Below are positions 39,400-49,763 of a stretch of DNA of 64,000 nucleotides, one piece after another (position 1 is the stretch's first letter; each line of letters opens with the position of its first letter). This stretch comes from Raillietiella orientalis. Taxonomy: Eukaryota. The notes under the pieces were generated by a model, which was not told where the DNA came from, did not search any database, and saw only the letters and a program-made list of their open reading frames with translations. The translations under genes and the position numbers were made by a program. The stretch is from contig JAYWIR010000040.1 in assembly GCA_036172245.1 (NCBI GenBank), positions 1,488,001 through 1,552,000 on the forward strand. Direction: 5' to 3'.

Positions 39400-41950
39400 C
39401 GAGGGTCCCTGATAACCTGCACTTCACTCCCCCCTCTCCCCTCATCCCTCATCCACCACCCAGCTGGGCCGCTGCTGCGGCCCCATGGGTGGTGACCCCA
39501 CAAAGCGACCCGCTTCGTGCTCGCTGCTCTCTTTCCTACGCAGGTCTCTCTCCCCCTTTTTCCCTTCCTCCTCTGCGCGCGCGCCTCTCTCCACGACCGG
39601 AACGCAGGGAGCTCGGAGAGGCCGGTTGGAGAGACCTCTGGCGCGCTGCTGCTCTTCCGAAGCGTCGGCCGGGCTCTCTGCCTCCTCTCCCCCGCGGTCC
39701 TCCTCGGTCGCTCAGCCACCCCCACCCCCCTTCGCAGGACAAAAACAGAAACAGGAAGATTCCAGGAGAACCTCAATATCATCGTTTTCCCCTCCCCTCA
39801 TCCCCCTTTTCCTCCAGAGGCCTACGCCAGCCACTGCGCGCACTATGCCGGGGTTGCTTGCCCCCGGTCTGGGGCGTTGCCGAGAGACGACGCCAAACCC
39901 ACGGAGTGGCTGGCGCCCGCCCGTCACTGGAGAGAGGGCGCGGGCCTCACGCCGGCTGCGGCGGTGAGGGCGGCAGCAGCAGCAGCCTAGATGGAGGCTC
40001 CCGGGAGGCGAACGTCCCTTCTGCAGCAGGCAAAAACGTTCGGCAGGCGGGATTTTTGCCTAGGGGGAGGAGGAGGGGTGGGGGGGAGAAGGATTCGTCC
40101 GCTACTTCCCTCGTTTCCATCCGCCCCTTCTCTCTACAGCGCATCGGCGGCGCAAACGGATCCGAGCACCACCGCTGCGGAGCGCTCGAGGTGGTTGCCG
40201 GGGCGACGCAGTGGAAAGGAACGCCTGGCGAGATGTAAACGGAAAAGTGACGAAGGGGACAGCAGCAGTTCTGATGAAAAATTCACGAGAGGCGAGGAGG
40301 GAGGGAGATGCGTGAAGCCAACAGCCTCCCCCCCCCCCTTCCTTCCTCCCCGCTGTAACCGGAAGCGGCCGCACTCCGCCGCTTCCGCCGCGCACTGCCA
40401 AACGCGCATTTCGCGCGCGCAGGAGGCCGTCGGGTTCGATCGCAGCGCAACCGCCAGCAGCGAGCAGCAGCAGTCCTTGGTCAAAGACACCGACGGCGAC
40501 TGCGCGCCCGTCCTCTGGCGAAACCTTCGGGCCCCGCAGCTTCCTCGGGTCGTCTGGAATACGGAGCGAGAGAGAGGCGCGCGCGCGTCGCGGGAAAGCG
40601 AAAAAAGGCTCCACCCTCTCTCTCTCTGCCTCCGAACCGAGCGCGCTTCTCCCGAAGCTGGGCGCGCGCGGGCGAGGAGGAAGTGCGCGCGCGCCTTTCT
40701 TGGTTGCAGAGCTCGCAGTCGGGAGGAGACGCTCTCGAAACCTCCGGAACCACTGCAAACAAAGCTGGGGGGGGGGGGGGGGGGCAAAGTGGGTGGGGAT
40801 GGGAACCACCACCGGGGGTCACCGCGGGTCACCTGCTCTTCGCCGAAGGTGAGACGGCCACGGAAGAGTGCTGCGGGCGGAGCGACGCCACCCTATGCCG
40901 CGCAATACTGGAGGCTGGCCGCAGGGATCCGCCCGGACTCCTGCGAGCACCCGTGACCCGGAGATGCTCACCCCGTTGCCAAGGAAAGGTCGGGAGTCCA
41001 GGGAAAGGGGGGAAAACACCGCGCTCTCAGTGTGCCGCCGCGTGGCTGGGAAACTGCGCAGGCGGCCGGAAGTATGGAAGCTACCCGGGCTCCCGAGTAG
41101 GGACCTCGGTTCTCTCCCTCGGGGACCTATCTCTTTTTTTTTTTTTTGGTTTTCAAGGAGTGCTGAAGGACCGCACGCCTCCTAAGGGGGGGGGAGGGGA
41201 CGGGTCACGGAGATCTTGGACACTGTCCAAGGGTGCGTGGTGCGGCTTTTCGATTTAGGGGGCATCAGCCCCATTTCCAAAACTGGAGGGGAACCCGAAA
41301 GGGAGCCGATTCCTAGATGTCCCGGAAGGACCCCGGAGGTCGACTTCCAATTCCCGACTGCAGCAGGTGAGACGAAAGAGAGTCCTTCCCGCACCTGCTC
41401 ATGGATTGCGTTGCCCTCCACTCTCTGTGGGAACGTCTTGCCGCGTCCCTGCAGAACCCCGAGGGAAACTCCAGTGACGTTCTGAAGCGCCTCTTCCTGC
41501 CGCATCCCTAGCAGCAGTTTACTGCCTACGTGGGATTGTGGCTGCGGGGATTAACAACGCAAAAAGAAGGCCAGAACAACAGGGACGCCATCTATTTGGC
41601 TGTCTTCATGAGGACAACGTCAAGGTGGCCCCATCTGGGAACCATAAAACAGGAACTTGCAGGCATCCTTACAAGGATGCAGAGGACACCCTCCAGCATT
41701 CGGCAATCCCTTCCAGAACCCCCTTCCCCCCCCATTTTATGACTGTATGTCTTTTGTTTTATTTTCCTTTTTGTTTGTCCACCCCCCCTTCCTTCTCTTC
41801 TGCCGCCGAGGGGAACCTCTCCGGCCTGAGCGCCGGTCCTCGGCAGCTTCCCATTCTTGCATTTGTGGCGTGCCGGGACCAAGCGTCCTGCCACCGACAT
41901 CTATGTTTATTTTCTATAAATAAACGCCCCAGCGGCGCAACCAGGTGTCG
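39400..41950 (+). mobile_element. Degenerate L1/Tx1-like LINE, copy E (may extend 5' to about 38.4 kb as ORF1)
   Basis: GGDPT / GWRDLWR (APE), SLVKDTD..APVLWRNLRAPQLPRVV (RT1-2), PMPRNTGG; C-terminus RDAIYLAVFMRTTSRWPHLGTIKQELAGILTRMQRTPSS; 3'UTR aligns to copy C; hairpin 41821-41836. Confidence 0.8.
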
Positions 41951-42073
41951 AACCAATCCCCCTCAGTCAACGGGGGCATCAGAATTTCACCGGTGCCGCA
42001 CTCGAACCATCCTGCGGTGTGTGTGTGGGGGAGGGGTCTCGACCCACCCTCCGTTCTCAGCGTCGACCCATCC

Positions 42074-42150
42074 TTTCGGTGGGATTCGAACCCCGGACGC
42101 GCGGAGACCGCAGCGACACGGATGCCAACGCGGGCAACCGTGGTCGCCTC
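42074..42150 (-). other. tRNA-derived (Ser-like) degenerate sequence: SINE head or tRNA pseudogene
   Basis: Minus strand reads GGTCTCCGCGCGTCCGGGGTTCGAATCCCACCGA: a perfect Pol III B-box preceded by a tRNA-Ser-like variable arm. The A-box is weak and no clean cloverleaf forms. Confidence 0.35.
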
Positions 42151-43876
42151 CCCATCTTACACGGAGAGAGAGAGAGGGAGAGATCGGCGGCGGCTGCCTT
42201 TTCGGCTGCCACCGCCTCCCGACCCCTCGGGAGTGGGCGAGGCCGAGGAGGAGGGAAGGCAGAAGGAAGCGGTCGAGGCGGGTGGGGTGCTTCACGAGAG
42301 CTCGCCTTGAAGTCTGCGTCGTGACGCGGGGCTTCATCTGCGCCACCGCGATGCATCACCGGTGCGCCGGTGGAAGGCGGCGGCCCCAACAAGCGGAACA
42401 CCGCTACCGGTGTTTCTAGGAAACCACAGCAGCGATCCGCCTGGAAGAGAAGCAGGAAAAAAGGGAGGGAGAGAGAAGGCAACAGCGACCCCGTGTGCCA
42501 CACGTGCCTGAGTGGGCTTTCGCCAGGAGAAAGCGCGGAGGTGACCGTGCTGATAAATAAATAAGGTCTTGGCTATTAATCTACCGTGGTTCCGAAAGCA
42601 TACCAACCACCTGGAGAGTTGCAGAAGCTTGACAGTAGGGAGGCTGGAATCACCGTAGATTGATTTTTTTTTTTTTTCCATTCCAATAACGATGTATTTT
42701 CCAAATCATCGAATCACGGCCGTCTGCGATGGGCACGTGGGGTCATAACCCGGAACTGCTCAGAACGCTAGCGGAAAAACGGACTTCTCCAGCGCGAAAT
42801 AAATCGGTCAATCTTCCACACACGCCAAAAACGTTCTTTTCCGTGTGTGTTTTCCACCTCTCTATCATTTTGCCCCTCTTCTCGGCACCGCGAGCGGTGC
42901 GTTCTCTTTGACGCCGGATGCAGATCCACGTGCCTGGCCGTCGTGCACGCGCCTCCGGTCGCCGTGGAGCCGGGGGAGGAGGGAAGAGGGAAGGAACCCA
43001 GGAGTCCAGAGGGCGAAACACCACGATGACGCGTCGGGCGAAAACACCTCGCAGGAAGAAGCTCCGCGTTCCGGGTGAATCCTCCCGAGGATCGGCGAGC
43101 TCGGCGCCTGTCCGAAGAGTGGTGGCGCGTGGCTGCGCCCACGGCTCTTTCCGAATGCGGAAACGTCGACGACGCTTCGACGCCCATCTTCGCCGCGGTT
43201 CGTGTCGAGTGGGGGCCCCCGCGTGGCGGTGGTCCGGCTCTACGCTAAGCGGAAGGAGAGGAAAAGTCGGAGCGAAACCGAAGGAAGAAGGAGAAGCTGG
43301 TTGTCCTGGCAGCGGAGTGTGCTGGAAAGTTTCTTCCAGCACACGAAACGTTCGTCTCTCCCTCGCCCCCCCTCCTCTCTCTTTTTGTTCCTTTCTTTCT
43401 TTCGAACTTTCAAGTTACGTCGTGACGACGTCGTGACGCAATAGACTGTTCGTTTCGAATTTTCATCATCCGCACTTCGTACTTGGCCCGACGAAACAAA
43501 AAGGAGAGCGGGAAGCCATCTTTTTCTAGCCGTTTTTTCCCGTTCTACGGAAGCCAAGTAGAAATGGCTAAAAAAGAAAAATGGCGTTTGCACGAATCTG
43601 AGGGTCTATTTTTGTTTTGTCTACAGGTCGGTTTCTATTCCTGAAATTGAACTGTCTTCCAACGTAACCACTGGGAAGCTCAAGGACCTTAGACAGTCCT
43701 TCTAAGAATGTAAAACACGATTCATTTGAAGGATTACATAGAACCAATGATTAACGATTTCATGAGCATCCAGAAGCACGTTATTTTGAAATGGAACTTT
43801 TCCGGAATGCAAAACCAAATTAGCTTGCAAGAGCGGGCTAAGATGCGGAAGCAAATTCTTCTTTCACTAAATTTCG

Positions 43877-43878
<2 letters not shown>

Positions 43879-43923
<45 letters not shown>
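43879..43923. repeat. (AG)n microsatellite
   Basis: Direct reading. Confidence 0.95.
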
Positions 43924-43926
<3 letters not shown>

Positions 43927-44299
43927 AAACACACACACAAACACACACACAAATTTGGCAAGGAGCATAGAAATGTACAAGAGAGAGAGAGGAGCTGGTT
44001 TTCCGTTACGTTTGGAGATGCCAGTACTTTAAATTGATAGTTTTGTGTATGGTTGTTGAAATTGAACTAAGTGTAATTACTGCTCTGCAATCAACATTCC
44101 ACTTCCGTGTAATATGTTTTACTTTTGATGTTTGAGCGGAACCCTATCACGCTCAAAATCTTTAGGAAGTGCTCACATGACAACACCCGATATATATGCA
44201 CATATATATATATATATATAAAAAAGAAAAGAATGAAAACACGAAGGAGCGCTTGGGCGTATCTTTCGGGAGCACTTGTCGAGTTCGGCTGTCGGCAGC

Positions 44300-44950
44300 C
44301 TTTCAATGGAAAGGGAGCACGGAAGTGGAAATCTGGTGGTGGGGCCACCATTTTTTACGCCAGCGATCCCATGTCGGAAACGAGCATGGGAAGATCCACT
44401 CGAGGTCCGGGCAGGCGAGTGGACGGGAAGAAAGGACACGGAACGGACAGCGAGACGTCAGGAGCTACCGATCGAATCCTTTCATCCAGAACAGCATGTC
44501 TTTGCCCTGAGGCTCGAGATCCACCGTCGAGTCACTGGGGCAGTGCGACGCAGCTGGCGCCTCGTCCTCCCAGGAAACATTCACGCGTCTCACGCGGATG
44601 CCAGGCAGCCAGGAACGGCGGAGGTAACCACCATCACTTTCGTCGGCAGGAGTTGCTTGCTGATTTTTGGGAGAGCCGCGAGGGTTTCCCCTCCCCCTTT
44701 TTCAAGGGAAAGGGCCATCCCCGAACAGGTGGGGCGTGGGCGCCCGTCTGAGAGTGCCTCCCGACGGAGGGAGCGAAAGAACAGCAGCACCTTTCCCGAC
44801 GCACGGTCGGTCGTCCTGTCTTCCCGTGACTGCCGATCCCCGGCGAACTCCGTCGTAACGAGTCGGGGAGAGTCCTTTTATGGACGAGTTCCACGAAGCA
44901 TTCGTGTGTTAACGGCCTCCGGGCTCACAGGGCCTCCTCCGTGATCTCCT
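44300..44950 (+). mobile_element. Degenerate LINE RT fragment
   Basis: ESFHPEQHVFALRLEIH (HPxQxGF..R.I-like) and SPPPFSRERAIPEQVGRGRPS (RT4-like) in ORF 44276-44944. Confidence 0.4.
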
Positions 44951-47900
44951 CCAGAGGAGCATTCGCTGAGATGTGTGGTCATTTTTTTCCCCGCTGCCAG
45001 CGACGTCACGGCTTTCTTAAATCACAAGGAGCGAGAGATCGAATCTCTTCCTTTTATGTTTCAGCACCTGAAGGCGGTCCAGTCCTCACTTCTTAAAAGC
45101 TAAGGCGGATAATAAGCGTTTTGTGCTTTCTATCTTTCTCATTTAGCGAAAGCTCTGCCGTGGAACGAGGAGGGAAAGGAAAATTCAATAAAGCAAACAT
45201 TCTGGAGGAGCATCGAAAGGAAGGGAAAGGAGGGCTCCGTTCCGAGAGGAAGATTGCAAGACGCCCGTGAACGCCGGGCAGCGCGTAAACACTCGGCTCG
45301 TTCCACTTGCACTTTTTGGAAGATTTCGACCTTCCTTTCGGACCACAAACAGGGACGTCCCATCCACTCGTTCCTCAGCTTCCCTTTCCCGGTCGGTGCA
45401 ATCAGCTCCCAGGTACGAGAGAGGTCGCGCGGCCAAAGACGTTCTTCTCCGCAGACGCCGCCTCCAGGGAGGGGTACGGGGGGTGAGGGGGCGGACTTGC
45501 GACGACTCGCGCGAGCTGAGCGTGCACGCAAAGTACGCGAGCAGGAAAAAGGGACGCCACGCAAAGGTGCCGGGAACCGGGAATGTGCCGGGGAGGGCGA
45601 CAAGCCGTGCCTTTCACGAACACAAGCGTGCGGGAAAGCGAGATTCTATCGGTGCACACACCCCAAAGCAACCTCCTATCAAAAGCTGAAGAATGGAATG
45701 TCGAAGCGGCCTGGTTTTAAACAACGAGAATGTGAAAGTCCCCCCCCCCCCTTCCCGAAAGGCATTACGCAACGTAACCTCATGGTTCCTTCTTTCTTTC
45801 TTCTTCTGCTTTTCCGCTTTTTTTTTTTTTAGATCCTTCCTCAACTCAGCCATCCGAGCGTTCTCACTTTTACTGAATTCTACTATTTCTAGGAGGCAAA
45901 AAAATCGCAGTCGTGGCTTTTAAATAATCGACTGACCACTCAGTGGTTTCGGACACCTCATTGTGAATCACGAAATGAGCTTGGGAGAAATTCATGATGG
46001 CTTGAATCTTTCCGGTGCCGCCTTTCCTGGTCTTATTGCATCGCAAATGACTCTGGATCTCTTTTTAGTAAACATCCGAGATCTTTAAAACTTCCTGCAG
46101 AGTCCTTAACGGTACGAGCGCCAAGAAGTGATGGGACGACTTGCAGCCCTGAAGACCTTCTTTTCTTCATGCGGTGAGTCCTTTCAGATTTGACCGTTGA
46201 AGATCAAGTGCATTCTGAACGTACTCCAGCATCGACGCTGGATCCATCTCTGCGTTGATGAGGATGGCAGCTGACGCCCGGTGAGCTGTGCCCCAAAAGG
46301 AGGTCGCGCTCCAAGGAATGTTCGAAGCGAACGCGGACTTCTCTCGGCAGCCACACAAAACCGTAAAGATCGCACCGCAACAGCCCGAAGACAATAATAG
46401 CTGAAGTGGTAAGAATCTTTTACTGAGACTCCTTACCAAAGGGCGTGCTTGGACGACGACGGAGGCGGCAGCACGCAAGCCGTGACGTCATTGCGCCCAC
46501 TGACATCGGGAATGCTCGTCAAAGTTCGCAATGGATTAACAAATTGGGGGGAGGGAGGGAGAGCAAGTGAGAGCAAGGAGCTCAGGGATTCTTCCACTGC
46601 AGTTTCCCTCACGACGCCCTCATTCAGAGGAATATCAGCCTACAGTGAAGTTCCAAGATCAGGCTGCTCCCACGGGGCTTCTCTACTTAAATTACTTCAA
46701 CTGAACTCAAATCAAATTTGGATTAGCCAATGCGTAAATTAAATTCAGATATCGAAGGGTGCGATGAAAAATCCATCAGCTTCGAATGCGAGGTGCATTT
46801 GCCAAGGAGACATTTACGATTCCAGAGAGTTCCAGGGATTCTTTGTTCGTTTGCGCAACAGCCTTCGGAAAGGGCAAACCAGAAGACAGGAGGAAGGATG
46901 GAACAGCTGGTTTCCGAATACCAGAAAGACAAAGTACGAGAGATGCAGGAGACGACAGTCGGGAACGTGGTATGGATTCACGCATGATCCGGTTCTTCAT
47001 GGCTCTGTCGAGGATGCACCTTAAAAAGGTCATGTGCGTACTGTCCGGTTGGGTCCTGACTCCACCGGTCATGAGAGACACAGAGAGAGAAAACTAACCT
47101 CGACAGACATCGTTTCCTTCGATGGGAAGAGGGCTTCGCGGTGCGGTGTGTTCTGTGACGGCCATGAGATTCATGTGACTGAGAGAGGCATCGGGCTTGT
47201 GTGTGAGTGACATGACTTCATGACCTTGCCGAGTACCGCTTTATTCGGGAGTGCCATTGGAGTAATGGAGGAATAGGCGTGTGATGGCGCATAGATTTGG
47301 CCGAGGCACCTGGGCATGCAAAGCTACGCTGGATGGGAGGCTGGATGTGCGCAGGCAGGACGCGGCCCAAGGCTCTCCGCCCCTGCTCTCCTAAAGAAAC
47401 TCGACATCCATCGGCGCGAAGGGAAACTCAACGAATGCACTCGGCACGCCAACTGAACGGCACGTCAGAGAGGGACGAGCACGCATGTCAGCAGCGCCAA
47501 ATGAGAATGCAAGGCGACTTCGATTCAGCTTGCCGCTGCTAATCTCCTCCGGGACAGATTTGGAGCGGACATCTCGTCCTGGCAACTTCGAGCGGCAAGG
47601 GCTGCCTAACCGATGAATCAATCCCAATCATCCCGCCTGCCTTCCTAAAAGTCGCGATCCCGGAAGCCGAAGTGGCAGCCATGGATTCCACGGGAGCATT
47701 GAGATCAGATGGCTGAGATAAATCCTGAGAGGTATCTGCGGGGATTCCCATCAACTCAATGGTAGATCGAGGGCCCTTTCCTGTGCTCTGGGTACTGCTC
47801 CTGTGAAAGGCGCGCATCGTAGCAGAAGCAGCAGCATGGAACGAGATGCAATCTCCACGTGAGGCTGCGAATCGATTCCCGTACCACGAACCTCAGCACG

Positions 47901-48351
47901 CATTTCCAACTAATCAGCACCAAATTAACGCGCAGTGATCGAGGGCAGGTTCCATCCCCCCCTCCCCCCCTTCCGAAGGAATCCCAAGCGAGGGAGCCAG
48001 AACTTTCTGCCGAAGGATGCGAAAACGCTGGATGACGACGCGAGCAGAGGGAGATACTGCGTGCTTAAAACAGGAAACCCACGAGATGAATGGAGGGAAA
48101 GAGAGAGGGATGGTTTGCAGTGAATTTCCCAACGGATGGCTATCTTAAAGGAAAGATTCGAGAGGAAAGCGTGGTTCACTCCGGAGAGCTACTCCGCATA
48201 ACAGAACATCTGTTTGTTTATGTTTTTACAAAAATGCAAAAATACTTTAAGGAAAGCTTGGTGCGACACCACAGTACAGTACAGTGATGAGCGGGAACTA
48301 CAGAAACCAGCCGTTGGTTCTAGGAGATAGGGATCTGTCAGGCTTCATTCT

Positions 48352-49763
48352 TCAGCAGGACGCAGAGTTGTCGTCAGCACTGTTGCTGGCCATCAGCTTC
48401 GTCGAATACTTCTTGATCCCGAGCTCGGTAATCAGAGGAATCGGAGATGGATTCTAATGCCAAGGGGAAGCCAGTAAAAGATTCGTGAATCCCGTCCCCT
48501 CCTCCCCTCCCCGCCTTCCCATTTTGAAAGCGAACCTTCGTCGAAGGAGCACCGTCGGAAATGAGCTCGCTGGAAACATCCGGCGCGGTGATGTCGACGT
48601 CAACCTGTTTGAGGGAGCCAGACAAAGAAAAATGCTCACTCATTGTTCCTGATAATGACAGCTTTCGAGGATGCAAAAGTGACGACGTATTCCTCACCTT
48701 GCAATTCCTGCAGGACCCAGACCATGGAGGGCCTGTTGCTCTTCATTTCCTGGCAGCACCTACTTCCCAGGTCCATCAGAACAGAGAACACGAGAGAGCC
48801 GTGAGACTCGACACTCGTGTCCATCAGCTGGGCTCGGCTGCACTTCATCACGATGTCCACCTTTTAGAGGTCAACGAAAATGCAACACTTCAGGCGAGGA
48901 ATGCCCGATCTTTACCAGGTACTGCTTCGTCAGTGGGTGGAAAGGTAGCTTCCCTGTGGCTAGCTCGAACAGAACCTAGCAAGAAAGAGCGAGTCACTTG
49001 CAGGAATCCGGAACCCGTCACACTTGCCACGCCGAAACTGTACGTGTCCACTTTGAAGGACAGCTGTTTGCAACGCAAGTATTCCGGAGGAAGATAAGGC
49101 CTCGTGCCGTTGACGTGGGACACTTTGAAGTGAGTGTACGGTTGTGCACGAGCTTCGCGTGCCATTCCGAAATCGCTGATCTTCGCGTTCAAGTTCTGGT
49201 CCAGCAGAATGTTCGCGCTTGAACCGATCGTCAGTCCTGCACGCGAAGTGTGGAAAAAAATTCTACCTCTTGATGTCCCCGTGGATCAGGGGAGGCGTGC
49301 ACACATGCAGAAACTGAATGCCCCTCGCTGCGCCAGCCGCTACGTTGAGCCTCTGCCACCATGTCTGCAGTCTCACAGACTTCCCCCTTAAGCAGTCAAA
49401 CAGGGACCCACAGGGCATAAGCGGATGCACCAGGTACAACACATCATCCTTTATGCTGAACCCATAAAGCGACACGATGTTTTCGTGACGATAGCGACAC
49501 AAGATTCGGAGTTCCGCAAACGTGTAACCAGAGTCCTGGTCGTCGGAGACACCGGTTGCCGTTGCTGCTTCAACGGCTGCTACGTACGAATGGCAGCCGC
49601 TTAACGGCCACAGGAGTGTTATTCCATGTGCCTCTATAGACAGTCCCGAAACCACCAGAACCAATTATGTGCTTTTTAGAAAATGCGTCAGTTGCATCTG
49701 TCAGCTCGTCAAAATCAATCGACAGGACGCCGAAGTTGGCAATGTCGACTTCTTTAGCACCTC
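48352..49763 (-). CDS. pll: Pelle/IRAK1-family Ser/Thr kinase (kinase domain and C-terminal tail; 5' exons not resolved)
   Basis: Exons (minus) 49763-49588, 49535-49267, 49217-49028, 48975-48916, 48860-48698, 48648-48536, 48453-48352, all phase-compatible. Motifs: ELTDATDAFS..IIGSGGFGTVYRGTWNNTPVAVKRL, ELRILCRYRHENIVSLYG, HGDIKSANILLD, KISDFGMARE, GTRPYLPPEY, KVDTYSFGVVLFELATG, RPSM; non-RD HGD catalytic loop. The last intron and exon are less certain. Confidence 0.92.

Noticed and set aside
26578..41258. Many long GC-rich ORFs (e.g. 26578-27561, 28539-29795, 32871-33836, 39991-40956) as novel genes
   Set aside because: Arg/Pro/Ser/Gly-rich overlapping frames on both strands; explained as frameshifted or antisense readings of dead LINE sequence.
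41801..41848. LINE 3' structure as a hammerhead or HDV-like ribozyme
   Set aside because: No CUGANGA/GAAA core or HDV-like pseudoknot pattern; treated as a plain stem-loop.
46975..47060. Peptide IRFFMALSRMHLKKVMCVLSGWV resembling the end of a Pelle death domain
   Set aside because: It is on the wrong strand and downstream of the kinase, and the rest of the domain is absent; likely chance.
46000..47850. Additional gene between the LINE cluster and pelle
   Set aside because: Some exon-like blocks exist, but no consistent phase chain or recognisable protein could be built.
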